64,000 bases of DNA from NCBI RefSeq assembly GCF_009914755.1, contig NC_060939.1; one strand, written 5' to 3'. Position 1 is the stretch's first letter; every line of letters begins with the position of its first letter. The notes under the pieces were generated by a model. The model had not been told where the DNA came from. It was given only the letters and a program-made list of their open reading frames with translations, and made no database searches. Both the position numbers and the translations under genes were made by a program. The stretch is from the human T2T-CHM13v2.0 reference genome, Homo sapiens. Shown here in pieces: positions 14,231 through 25,960 of the stretch.

Positions 14231-15799
14231 TTTCATATATATCATAGCATCACTGTTAGAATTATCGTTCTAATTTTGGGGGTAATCTTTTCCTTCTCTC
14301 CCTCTCCAGGTAAGCAGATTGCCAGCCAGAGGATCCATGTGAATTTGCAGCATAGTTCCATGGCTCATAGGTCTTCTATTTGATGATTCTGTACTAATTT
14401 ATTTTGCTTAGTTGGATGTTGTAAGCAAGTTCAAAGCTAGTTGCTATTTCTGGTCTTTTTTCCTCCTTGCCTCATCTCAGGCTGTTTTCAGCATAGGAGT
14501 CTTACTCGGAAAAAGCAAAGGTGAAAACAGTACTTCTTCAGTCCTTGTTCTCCCTCTGTTCACCCGTGTGTAACAAGACTCCTCTACCCTTCCCCTCTTC
14601 TCCAGGATGGCCTCCACCTCAAATGGCCTCATGGTCCTCCTTCTCATCGTTCTAGGTAAAGCTGGGACCCATGGGTCCCTCCCACTTATTTTCAAAGAAA
14701 TCTGCATTCTTATTAAGACTCAAGGAGGTATGAATTGTTTTTCACTATCTCTGGTTTGGGTCTAAGGTTTACTATCTTTTGACAGTATTCTTCACAGCCT
14801 GGGGTTGGGAATTGTAGCCATTTTCTATTTTTCATTTTAGATGCAGTTTTCTTCATTTTTTATTCTTTTGGATTGTATCTAATAATTTCAGGAAATTAAG
14901 AAGAGTAAATACAACCTTAGTCCTCATCCTTGACTAGAAATTCTCAGCTCATGGTTATGCATCTCCCCAGTAGGTGCAGTTTACATTCCCTGTTCAGAGT
15001 TGTGACTAGGATCAGGCAAGAGGCCACTAGTTATAAAATAGGGATGCCTATTAGGCATGCCCAGTTAGGGATTTCAGATAGTTAAAGGATTAAAAAAAAC
15101 CCTGTTACATTAGGAAGTGTGAGAAATAAGGATACAAAGAGGCAGAGAAAAGAGAGAAGGAAAATTCTACCAGGTTTCTGTGACAAGATGGTTGTTGAAA
15201 ATCAACAATGAAATTAACTTGAAAATTACCAGAATCCAAGGCTGAGGAGGAAAATCACAATGGCCTATTCAGCTTTCATCTTGATGAGGGGAAGCACATT
15301 ATCCAACAGAGATTAACCATTATTCTGCTCTAAAAATTCATATGAAGAATTTGTTAAATGAATATCTGCGTGCCCTTTACGTTTCTGACAGCAGGAAGGT
15401 TTGGAGAAGAGGAGCTGGGGGCCTGGCACTCAGCTGGTCCCCAACAGTGAGGGAAGAACTTGCCTCTGCCCTCTGGGTTCACTTCCTGATGCTGGTCCTG
15501 GGCCTTCCTCCTGTGCTTTACACCTGGTGCTTTACACCTTGGCAGTCTTGGTTCCTGAAACCTAGGTAATCCTTCTGACTTTGTTCTTCTGGTTCATAAA
15601 CTTTCTACTCATTTCAGATAGTGAGAACTTCCTAGACTTGTCTCTGCCTGGTCTTTCCTGGTCACTTAGCTTGAGCCTTCTGCTTCAAATGCTGTCTGAT
15701 GCCATGACATAGTCATGAGTCTCCTTCACCTGGAAGAGCAAAGGGTCAGATCAACCTCTCAGCGAAGGGTGGATGCACTCATGGTGGCTTGGTGGCTTC

Positions 15800-16196
15800 T
15801 GGGGAAGACTATTGAAATGCACTACTCAGATCTCATATCAGAATTGGAGGATCTATTCCCCCAGCTACTGAGAGTTCTGATGGAAGAAAGACTTCAGTTG
15901 TCAGCTTCTTATTGCCTTAACTGAAGGCCATGCCCCTTGTGAGGGCTGCCTACATCTGATGACTGATGTTTATGGGGATTTGAAAGCATGGACAGCACTG
16001 AAGAGCCCCCATACAAAAAAAAAAACTTTCCATAGGGTTCATGGAGGCCTTCATTGAAACTACATTACAGCCAAACTTCTCCTTTCACCCAGTCTGGCTT
16101 TTTTTCCTTTCTTTTTCCAAGAATATGCACTAACAACCTTCCTGTCCATGAATTCTCATTAAGAAGTCTGCTTCCTGCAGAATTCAACAGGTAACA
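15800..16196 (+). mobile_element. LTR16-family (ERVL) solo LTR
   Basis: attcccccagctactgagag, aacttctcctttcacccagtctggctt, and agtctgcttcctg...aaca end. Confidence 0.7.
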
Positions 16197-16619
16197 GCTT
16201 CTTACAGCCAGCTCAGGCTAATCCACTACATCATAATTATCAGAACATCATGAAATTGGCCTACACACTGCAGTATTAACTAATAAGAACGTATAGGGCT
16301 GGGAAGGAAATGTGGGGCACTATAAAGGATTGGAATTCCAGAATAGAAGAGGATGGATTAAAAGGGCAGGAAGAAGTAAAGAAGAAAACCAAGCATATTG
16401 GTGTAGCTACATCTGTCCTCAAGATTCAAGCTTTGGGGTTTAGACATTGATGGAGCATCTGAAAACTACTCTCCCCATTCTACCAACTTCACTTGAACTA
16501 CTTAAATTACAAGGAACATCTAAAATCTCTATAATATTTCCTATTCTCACTCTGTTTAGAATGCTTCTACTTACCTTCCCATCTGATCCTTACACCAGTC
16601 TCTGTCTGAAGTGGTACCA

Positions 16620-16728
16620 TGTTTATCTTACAGAAGGAGAGAATCAGAGAGTTTGGGTGACTTGTCCAAGGCCACCCAGCCAGAGGCCAGGGCTCCAGGG
16701 CCCAAGGCCAGTGCATTGTCCACACTGT
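16620..16728 (-). mobile_element. MIR fragment
   Basis: ttacagaaggaga...cagagagtttgggtgacttgtccaaggccacccagc. Confidence 0.7.
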
Positions 16729-17559
16729 GGGAGTTTCCTCTCAAATGAAGGAGCTCAAGAGAGCCAGAACAGGCACTTCCCCCATTTTAAGTTCAGTACA
16801 TTTTTTTAGAGTTGCCTGTTTCCTGGTATTGTTTGCACAGCTTGAATAAAACACCCTGGGGTCTCTGGCCTGCATGAGGACACTGCAAAAATAATGGAAA
16901 TCAAGTTAGAGTTAGAGAAAAACGCTGATTCTCTCGGCTGACACCTTCTGCTCTCTCCACAGGTGTAAATACTACTCAACAAACCCCTTTAGTGCACAAA
17001 GCTAGGGGTCTATTTATTTTTAAAATTAAAAAAGCCTATCTGATATTTTGCTTGTGGTCTCAGAGCTTCTTGCTATGCCACTGTGCACCTGCACTGTTGG
17101 TGTAATAAATGCCTGGGGGATGTTCCCTGAAGTTTCCATGGGGCCTACATTAGTTTTATTTTCTTTATGTGGGTCTAAGCATTACTGAGCAGATCAAAAT
17201 CAATTCCTGGAAGACCAGAAGACCATTTGATAGAGTTGTGGCGTAGCTGGCAAGGGATACTCTGCTATGAGTCTTGCTACTGAATATTTTAAAACAGAAA
17301 TAATTCAAGAAACTGGAGAAAATCTCCCTCTGTCTTTGCATGACTCGCGAGTCTTTGGATCTGTGTTCCGCTCGTCCTTGTCTTCCATAGCTTGTATTGC
17401 TCTGGATGATGGTGGAGTGCCAGGATTAGAGTATAATGTGTATTCCCTTTTGTCTCTCTCTTGAGACCTATGGTTAATTTTTTTTTTCACATGTAAGTAA
17501 AATAAGCAAATCTCTAAGAATACTAACAGTAAAAAAATAGGGATGTTTCTCCTCCTCTC

Positions 17560-17930
17560 TCCGCTCTTGAAAAGCCCAGTACAGCCCGCTCCCATGCATC
17601 AGCTGGGCTGGGCGGCCACACCTCTCCCTCCAAGGCTGATTCAGCAGTGAGTTTCGTAAAGCTGTTCTGACGCTTGAGAAGTCCTCTTAACACTAAGCAG
17701 GTAGTGGATTATGGTTGCTTACTTGCTTTATTTATTTATTTATTCATCCTTTTGATGTTTTCTTTCTAATAAGAGGTATATGAGTCATCTGTTGTGGACT
17801 TTATTTTGTGAAGGAATGCTTGGCATGATAAGAACTCTGTAGAAGTTAACAAGTTGAAGAGGAAAAATGACTCATCAACACCGACATTTTATATCACTGT
17901 GTGGAATGAAGAAAAATACTACCACAAAAT
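17560..17930. promoter_or_regulatory. Candidate enhancer: GC box, MARE-like, 2x AP-1, 2x TEAD, RUNX motifs
   Basis: GGGCGG near 17610; GCTGATTCAGCA 17635-17646; TGAGTCA 17781; TGACTCA 17868; GGAATG 17813 and 17903; ACCACA 17921. Motif evidence only. Confidence 0.35.
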
Positions 17931-18420
17931 GGAGTTGTGGGTGATGGTTAGGAAATTAGACAAGAGCCATATAAACAGAAAGGCACTTCTTTTAGTTTTC
18001 TTTTTTTAAAAGTTTTTTTTTACTTTTGTTTTTTACAATAAAGAACAGGACAAAATGCATTTCTATCCAATTGAATGATTTTAGTTAGTGAATATTTTAA
18101 AGAGAAAGTGAGTAGGGATGGTGGTAGAGGGTTGGAGAAGACTCACAGGGTAATAAATCATAGCAATTTAGAGAGTACAGTTTGGGACTATGCTACCGTG
18201 GACTAGATAAGGGTATTAACTGGGAGCTAGACCTCTGGGTACTGACACCATGGGCTAAATTAAGTGAAGAGCAGATGAGGGTCACACTCAACCATTCCCA
18301 CCCCTGCTGTCTAGGTGTCATCTACATCTCAGCTATAGCCAGAGACCAACTTCTTAATGTTAGCTGGTTTGCTCTAGCTAAAACTGATTAACTTTATTGA
18401 GGGCTAATTTTTCTCTCTAA

Positions 18421-18743
<323 letters not shown>

Positions 18744-19115
18744 AGATGGTCCTCTCTTTGCCCAACTTTGTGCTATCAGGAAGGAGGCCTGAGGAGCTAT
18801 GAAGCACGGACCAGCATCTTTCTAAATAACCAGATCAACTGAATCAACTGTTATAGTCAAAGGAGTGACAGATACTTCTTTAGATCCTTCCTTCCTTGCA
18901 TATTAACAAAGTTAACTTACATAGAACAAAATACACATCTTTTTACAACATGCAATTTTCATTGGTATATAGTGCAATGTTTTCCAACACAAAGTGCCTC
19001 TCAGTCTGACAAGAATGATTCTTTAGAAAAGATCCCAGAGTTAAGATAACCTGGAAAAGACAGCAGTAAAATAAACCTTCTTCAAAAAATATTCTCAGAA
19101 GGTAGGAAGGAAAAG

Positions 19116-19515
19116 TGTGGTAGACACAGATATGTGCTGTCCTTCTGAGAAGGACGTCTGCTTAGCTGTGGGGCTTTGGGGAGTGTGGTCAGCAAGATTG
19201 CTTCCAGCTGTCAGCTGCTTTGGGCTCTCTCAGCTAGAGACAGTCACTTGGCCAGGTTTCTGCCTTTTCTAGGATGGTCTGTCATAACTGAGGGAGGTTT
19301 CAGCCCACCAGGCAGCTCAGATTGGCAATACACATTTCTGAGCCTCCTGCCAGCTTCCTGAAGACTTTATTAGGCCTGCGTTGCAGTTCAGCAACTTCCT
19401 GATTCCTCAGTCCTGCTTCCACATGCTTTCTTTCACAGGTGTTGACTCTTAACAAATAAGTGTCTTGCATCACAAACGCCAATGAGATGTCTGCCGGGGA
19501 ACCCAGCCTGTGACA
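19116..19515 (+). mobile_element. LTR16-family (ERVL) solo LTR
   Basis: TGTGGTAGACAC start; cagtcctgcttcc...ttcacaggtgttga; ggggaacccagcctgtgaCA end. Confidence 0.75.
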
Positions 19516-19959
19516 ATTGGTGTCTGTTTCTGAAAAAGCAGGCAGTAAGATGCAGATCTGTAAGGCAAAACTGTGAAGCAGACAGAATATAGTTCGAGAG
19601 CACCTCCCATTGCCCCATCTGCCCTGTTCCCACCCTACTGCCAAATGTTCCCTTCCCAAATATCTAGGGTGGTCTTGCTCTTCTGGATCCCTCCACTTCC
19701 CCATCCTATGGTTCCCTACACTCTAGGTCCTTTTGCTTTTGTCTCCTGGATATCAAAATTTATGTCTAATATATAGTACATGTAGGTATGAACAGAGGAT
19801 GGTATCTTAATGTTGCACTCAAAAAATGTTTTCCCTTTACTGGGTACAGTCAATTGGCATTCTTAAATATTGACTTTGTGCTATGAAATGTGGAAGGGAT
19901 TGGTTTCTTGCCCAAGAGTTTCCTTGTTAGTTTCACCTGCCTTCAGCCTTGTCCTTTGT

Positions 19960-21015
19960 ACATGTGTTTGCCACACTGTCCCTTAAACAGCCTTTCTTTC
20001 TTTTTTTTCTTTTTTTTTTTTTTTTTTTGAGATAGAGTCCTGCTCGGTTGCCCAGGCTGGAGTGCAATGGAGCGATCTTGGCTAACTGCAACCTCCAACT
20101 CCCAGGTTCAAGCGATCTCTTGCCTCAGCCTGCCAAGTAGCTGTGATCACAGGCAACTGCCACCATGCCCGACTAATTTTTTTTGTATTTTTAGTAGAGA
20201 CAGGGTTTCGCCATGTTGGCCAGGCTGGTCTCGAACTCCTGACCTCAGGTGATCCACCCACCTTGGCCTCCCAAAGTGCTGGGATTACAGGCACCTGGCC
20301 TGAACAGCCTTTCTAAAGCGTAAATTGATGGTCTTTGCCTTTGTGAAACTCCTCCATGGCTCTCCTGACCCTCAGAATAAAATAACAATGATGGTAATAG
20401 CTACCTTTTACCCAGTACTTTGTATAGGCCAGGCACTATACACAGCATTCTCTATGGGTTAGCTCAGTAGCTCCTCACCACATTGCTTAGAGGTGGGTAA
20501 ATTGTTGTTTCCATTTGATAGCCTTGATTCAGGTGCCAGCTCAGGATGTCAGATCCTGTCCTCCTACCACACTGCCCCAATCTTTTTCTGTGGCTGCAGA
20601 TGCCATATATAACTTAACATCAACTCATCTTTCCAGCATCACTAAACTTCTCTCCACTCCCCACGCTGAACTCCCTGGGCTCTCTTTTATTTCCAGACCT
20701 TTGTCCTTGCTGTTTTCTAGAACTCTTCCTGACCCATGCTGCTGCAATCCCAGCTGCTCTCTCCTCACTGAGCTTCTGTTCGCTTTTCCAGTCTCCTTTT
20801 AGACATCACTTCCTGTGTCAGCCCCTCTCACCCTTCTCCAAATAAGCTGGGGAAGATGGCCCTCCATGTGTCCACCATTACTGTGATACCTGTTTCTGTC
20901 ATCCCCACTGGTCTGCCTCAAGTTCTTGAGGGAGGAAACATGTGTTGCTCACTGCTATATCCTCAGCACTGGTAGCACCTGACACAAAGTAGATGCTCAA
21001 ATATGAGTGATGAAT
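19960..21015 (+). mobile_element. L2 3' region interrupted by an Alu (19998-20300) and a minus-strand MIR (about 20385-20515)
   Basis: aaactcctccatggctctcc...ctcagaataaaat; agacatcacttcctg; agcacctgacacaaagtagatgctcaaat L2 terminus. Confidence 0.7.
19998..20300 (-). mobile_element. AluSx-like with a short deletion across the A box
   Basis: TSD t(a/g)aacagcctttct at 19984-19997 and 20301-20314; attacaggc joined directly to acctggcc. Confidence 0.95.
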
Positions 21016-21101
21016 CCCAAGGGAATACATGTACTGTTAATTTCGTGATGGTGGTGGAGGTGTGGAGGCAGGATATCATTTCTTTGGGAGTGGTCTTTTC
21101 T

Positions 21102-21104
21102 TTC

Positions 21105-21136
<32 letters not shown>

Positions 21137-21418
21137 AGACAGAGTCTCACTCTGTTGCCCAGGCTGGAATGCAGTGGCACGATCTCGGCTCACTCGCAAC
21201 CTGCGCCTCCTGGGTTCAAGCGATTCTCCTGCCTCAGCCTCCCGAGTAGCTGGGATTACAGGTGCCCATCCCTACACCCAGCTAGTTTTTGTATTTTCAG
21301 TAGAGATGGGGTTTCACCATGTTGGCCAGGCTGGTCTCAAACTCCCGACCTCAGGTGATCCGCCTGCCTCGGCCTCCCAAAGTGCTGGGATTACAGGCGT
21401 GAGTCACCGCACCCGGCC
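21102..21418 (-). mobile_element. AluSx-like
   Basis: Full dimer; TSD ggagtggtcttttct at 21087-21101 and 21420-21434. Confidence 0.95.
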
Positions 21419-21699
21419 AGGAGTGGTCTTTTCTAGGATGTAGTCATGTTTGCTCCTCCCAAACAAAAAGCCTGTTCTCTGGGACATCAGGTGACAGACT
21501 AGCTGTAGAGTCATAATTTCTCACTTTCATTAAGTAGCTGTCCTTATCAGTAGGATAGGTGAACAGCAGCAGAAATTTTTCCCTAGGGAATTTCAGAGGC
21601 CATGAGGTTGGAAACTGGAGTCTTAGTTGTCATAACCTAGTTCCCTTGCGTGGTGCTGCAGATCCCCATTGTCTGGGGAAGTCAGCTCGGCTGCTCACA

Positions 21700-21840
21700 C
21701 AGTGGGGCAAACATGGGCTCCAGGGTGCAACTTGGGACTCAGATCTGGGCTCTGCCACTTGTTATCTCACGTCTCTAAGCCTCCATTTCTTTCTCTGAAA
21801 AATGGAGATACTATCTACTTCTCTTATTTTAAGCTGTGGA
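21700..21840 (+). mobile_element. MIR
   Basis: ctcagatctgggctctgccactt...tctctaagcctccatttctttctctgaaaaatggagata. Confidence 0.75.
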
Positions 21841-21923
21841 ACTAATTTATGTTGCATTCCCAGCCCTCAATTAACCGTGGAGTGTACAATCTGATTGAAA
21901 GAACCCGATCGAGGCCATTTTCT
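21841..21923 (+). repeat. Left arm of 83-bp inverted repeat
   Basis: Reverse complement of 23006-23088, 78/83 identical, no gaps. Confidence 0.97.
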
Positions 21924-23005
21924 GGGCGTGCATCCCTGTCTTCCTCTTTGGACAGCCTCTTGGGAAGGAAACATACCATTTAAAAAAGAAAAGTAGGGTT
22001 TGTGAGTGGAGCTGCAGCCATCTTGCCCGACAAATTGACCTCTTTGGTGATTGGGGCTACATTTTTTATCCAAGTCAGGTCCAGAGTCTCTTAATGCCAT
22101 TTTGTCTCTGACCATGTGTGCCACCCAGGAGGATCTGGGGTCGTATCGTTCCAAGCCAGAAGAAGCCTAACGATTGCTTGTTGAAAGAAAATTGTTATGG
22201 GCTCTCTAGGTATTTGCAGCCTGACAAATAACTGTCTTTCTCAAAGAGTTTAGACACACATAACTAAACACTGAATACCCATATGGCCCATCACAGATGA
22301 AAAGGTGGTAAATAAGAAAAGCCCAGTGTAATCAATAATGTTGTCTTCTAAACTACATGAAGAAAAATTCCAGTCAATATCTGGGATAGTCAGTTCTTTT
22401 AAAACCAGGGAATGATGAGAATGAGACGATTCCATATATAGAAAACGATGTGAGGAAATCTTTATTCTAATTCAAAATGTTCACATTTTTGCAATTCATG
22501 AGATTTCTCTGTAGCAAAAGAGGAATATGATTGTATATAAAATTTAGTGGCTCTGAACAAAATTGAGTAAATGCTGGAAAAAATTTTGCCGTGTCATTTC
22601 GCCTACAAAATGATAAAGGAAAATAATAGCTAAAAAGGCAGCAAGAAATAAGCAGGCTCTGGTTGGGAGTAATTTTTTTTTCAAATGCATTTTTTAATTA
22701 AAAAGAAATTGCCTCAGTTAACTGTTTTCAGAAATAAGGCATAAGAATAACCTAAAAACACTGCTTTCTGGAAAGCATAGATATTAATTTTAAATCAACT
22801 TGGTTAAAAGACCTTTAACTTGCTATATAGCTCGGTGACTAAATGTTACTGCACTAAGAAACCACAGACTATTTTTCTCAGGATCTTTTATTTTTTCCCT
22901 TAGAGAGGGAGATTGTCTCTTCCCTGGTGGAGTTCAGTGAATCAGAATATTGGTCAAATATGTATTGAATGCACATGATTTGACCCGTGTGGATCCACTC
23001 TTTAG

Positions 23006-23088
23006 AGAAAATGGCCTTGATCGGGCTCTTTCAATCAGATTGTACACTCTACGGTTGATTGAGGGCTGGGAATGCAACGTAAATTAGT
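23006..23088 (-). repeat. Right arm of 83-bp inverted repeat
   Basis: Reverse complement of 21841-21923, 78/83 identical, no gaps. Confidence 0.97.
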
Positions 23089-23429
23089 ATGCTTTTTTTA
23101 ATGTGTAGAGAGTGGTTTCTGCTGCTTTTGAACAAGCTAAAGAAATGTTTTTCCCATGAATCTCTGGGCATCCTGGGTATATCTGTCTGTTCTAGCCCTG
23201 ACTTCCTCACCGTACATGGGGTGCTTCACTCACTTAGGCCTCCCATCCCCTACCTACATCATCCTCCCTCCCCAGTCTGAACACTCCCGCACTCTGCCCA
23301 GCTGTGCCAGGAAGAATGGCCACTCAGGGACAAGGCAGCAGGACCACTGTTGTTCTTTCCTTCTTTCAAACACGTAGGCACTTGGTGTGGGCACTCTTCT
23401 AGGTGCTGGAGAGAGAGAAAGTAATGTGT

Positions 23430-24228
23430 AGAAAAGCAAATACTGCATGATCTCACTTATATGTAGAATCTAAATAAGTCAAATCCATAGAAGCAGAGGG
23501 TAGAATGGTGGTTACCAGGAGTGTGAGTGAAGAAATGGGGAGATGTAGGTCAAAGGGTACAAAGTTACAAAGTTACAGTCATATAGGGTGAATAAGCCTA
23601 GAGATCTAATGCACAGCCTGATGACTATAGTTAATACTGTATTGTATACTGGAAATTTACAAAAAGTAGATATTATGTAGAGTCCTAAGTAGAGAAAGGG
23701 AATTAGGCTTGTGGGAGCAGGAGAAAGCAAAAAGAGAAAACAGATAAACTGCAAGTTTACCTTTCTTCATGGTTCAGGACACAGCCCTCCTGTGCAAATA
23801 ACTCTCAATCTTCCTGCATCCAGCTATCACCAGAAACCTGCAAGTCAGTTCACTGCAACCTTGGCATTATCAATATTGCACAAAGCCCTCTTCGACAGAC
23901 AGCATAAACACTATCCTATAAAATCTCCAGCAAGCCTTTGTCTCTTGGCAATTGGCTTCTCTCTTTGAGGCTGTCCGTTCTCTCTCTGGCAATGTATTTT
24001 TTCACTTTCTCTAATAAATCTGACTTCCTTGAGCTACAACTGTCTTGGCAAATTCTTTTAACCCTGCGCCATTGACTGTGGTTCCCCAAAAACACTCACC
24101 ACAAAAAAAGTAACTGTGAAAAGATGAGTATGTTAAGTAGCTTGACTGTAGTAATCATTTCACTATGTATATGTATATCAAAACATCATGTTGTATGACT
24201 TCAATATATATTTTTTTATTTAAAAAAG
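23430..24228 (+). mobile_element. L1MA/L1MB 3' end, split by an LTR
   Basis: aaatactgcatgatctcacttatatgtagaatct...gactatagttaatactgtattgtatact; resumes at ctcaccacaaaaaaagtaact. Confidence 0.85.
23676..24094 (+). mobile_element. ERV1 solo LTR (MER83/MER84-like)
   Basis: TGTAGAGTCCTAA start; TATA-like ctataaaa near 23915; AATAAA near 24013; CA end; interrupts a continuous L1. Confidence 0.8.
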
Positions 24229-24509
24229 TAATGGTAAGCATTACTTCTGCCTGGGAAGAACCAAGATGAGTGCTAAGGAGAAGTTGGGGGAGAGGCTTTG
24301 CTTTTGATTGAGAGGACAGTTTGAATGTCAAGAAAGAGGCCAACTGCAAAGATCTAGGGGCAGGGAATTCAGGCACAGAGATAGGTAACTGTACAGGGCC
24401 TACGGTGGACAGGAAAAGGCCAGTGTGATTGGATCACAGTGTGGGAGTGGGATGGCTTTTGGAGGGAGGTGCATTTGAAGTTGTAGTAGGAAAGAGGGGC
24501 CAGACCATT

Positions 24510-24848
24510 TATCACTATTTACTGATATCTCTCCATTTTCCTCTCTAGCTCCACCCTCCACCCTGTTCTATGGCCCTGGGCGTGACTTGCTCTTGCCCCT
24601 TGCCTTCTGTTTGGATCCTGCCAATGAGGACTCCTAGCAGGAGATGGGGGCTCTCATATTTAACTGAAAGGCTCAGCTCCACGCAGCGTTTCTGTCTCCA
24701 GGTAACAGTAGCCGTACCTTCCTGCACCCCACTATATGTGTAGCTTCATGACCCGTCTGCCCAGTTTTGAGGAGAGTTCCATGAACTATTTACAACTTTT
24801 TCCTAATTTGAGTATGTCATCTGTTTCCTGTGGGACCGTGAGTCATTA
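24510..24848 (+). mobile_element. LTR33-like (ERVL) solo LTR
   Basis: gccaatgaggactcctagcaggagat; terminal tttgagtatgtcatctgtttcctgtgggaccgtga. Confidence 0.65.
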
Positions 24849-24917
24849 AGCCATGTCAGCCGTGGTAGAGAACCTGGATTTTGTTTTAAGAACAATGATA
24901 TCCATAGGAGATTTTAA

Positions 24918-25062
24918 TTTTTAAAACTTTAAGTTGGGTTTATTGAGGTATATAATTTATATACAGTAAAATTTACCCCTTTTAGATGTACAGTTTTATG
25001 AATTTTGATAAAGGCCTATGGTCATATGATCACTACCACAATCAAGATGTAGATCATTTTCA
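24918..25062 (-). mobile_element. L1MB/ME extreme 3' end
   Basis: tttattgaggtatataatttatatacagtaaaatttacccc...cactaccacaatcaagat. Confidence 0.8.
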
Positions 25063-25809
25063 ACCATTGGAGGGTCTTAAGCAGGGGGGTTACCTGACTT
25101 GTTTTCCATTTTAAATACATTACTCAAACTTGAAGAAAGGTCATAGGAAGGCAATAGTACAGCAGAGTCTGGTTAAGAGACTACTGCAGCAGTGTGGGCA
25201 CTGTGCTGGACAGTCAGGGTACAGTAGTGAATGATCTTTTGCTCTTAAAAAAGATTACAGTTTAGCAGGAGAAATCAACAAGGAAACAGAACATTATAAT
25301 TCAGCGCAGTTGCCTGTGTGACATGTTGAAATGTGGGGTGCTATGGGAGTGCCTGGGAAGAAGGTATAGGGATTAGCAATGTGCAAATTCTGCCTTCCTG
25401 TGGCCTCTCTGGTCTACCCAATCCCTTTGGGTTGGGCTAGAATTCTCCGCAAGAGGTCTGATTCCAAGTTCTTATGGAGAGAGGGGATCGGAGGTTTTGA
25501 ATTCTTTAAATCCTAATAGTTCAAGGTATGAATATCACTCCTTTGAAATGCAGAACACAAAGGTAAAAAGATTAATACATCAATGCCAGATAACACGTAT
25601 CAGTGCCTCCTGACATTTTTCACACTACAGCCCACACAGCACGATGAGATAAAGACTAGAGGCTGCTCACTGCTGAGAGTGGACCATCCAGCTCATTTGG
25701 TCACATAATTTCCAGCCAGCCACCTTATGGGCAAGATTTTGGCTCACCTGTAAGCTATTAGCTGGTAAGTGCTAACATAATCTACCTCCCAGCTGGTGAG
25801 TTGTCAAGG

Positions 25810-25960
25810 GATAGAAAGAGCTATGGATAGAAGAGCTAAAATCTGCTTGAAGTCACAGCACTGTTTGGGTCATCTTTGCTGCAGCACAACCTCTCTGAGC
25901 TTCAGTTACCTCACCTAGGTAATGATAATAATATCTTCCTATCTTGTAGACTACTGAGCA
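25810..25960 (+). mobile_element. MIR fragment
   Basis: aacctctctgagcttcagttacctcacct...gataataata. Confidence 0.6.

Larger units (their letters stand above)
23360..25360 (-). mobile_element. Fragmented L2, interrupted by L1 and LTR insertions
   Basis: ggcactcttctaggtgctggaga (about 23390); ggcagggaattcaggcacagag; aaggccagtgtgattgga; ccattggagggtcttaagcaggg. Confidence 0.6.

Noticed and set aside
21841-23088. Reading the inverted repeat as the TIRs of a 1.25-kb DNA transposon, or as a pre-miRNA
   Set aside because: No TSD, the termini match no superfamily I know, and a 1082-nt loop is incompatible with a pre-miRNA. A Dfam search is still needed.
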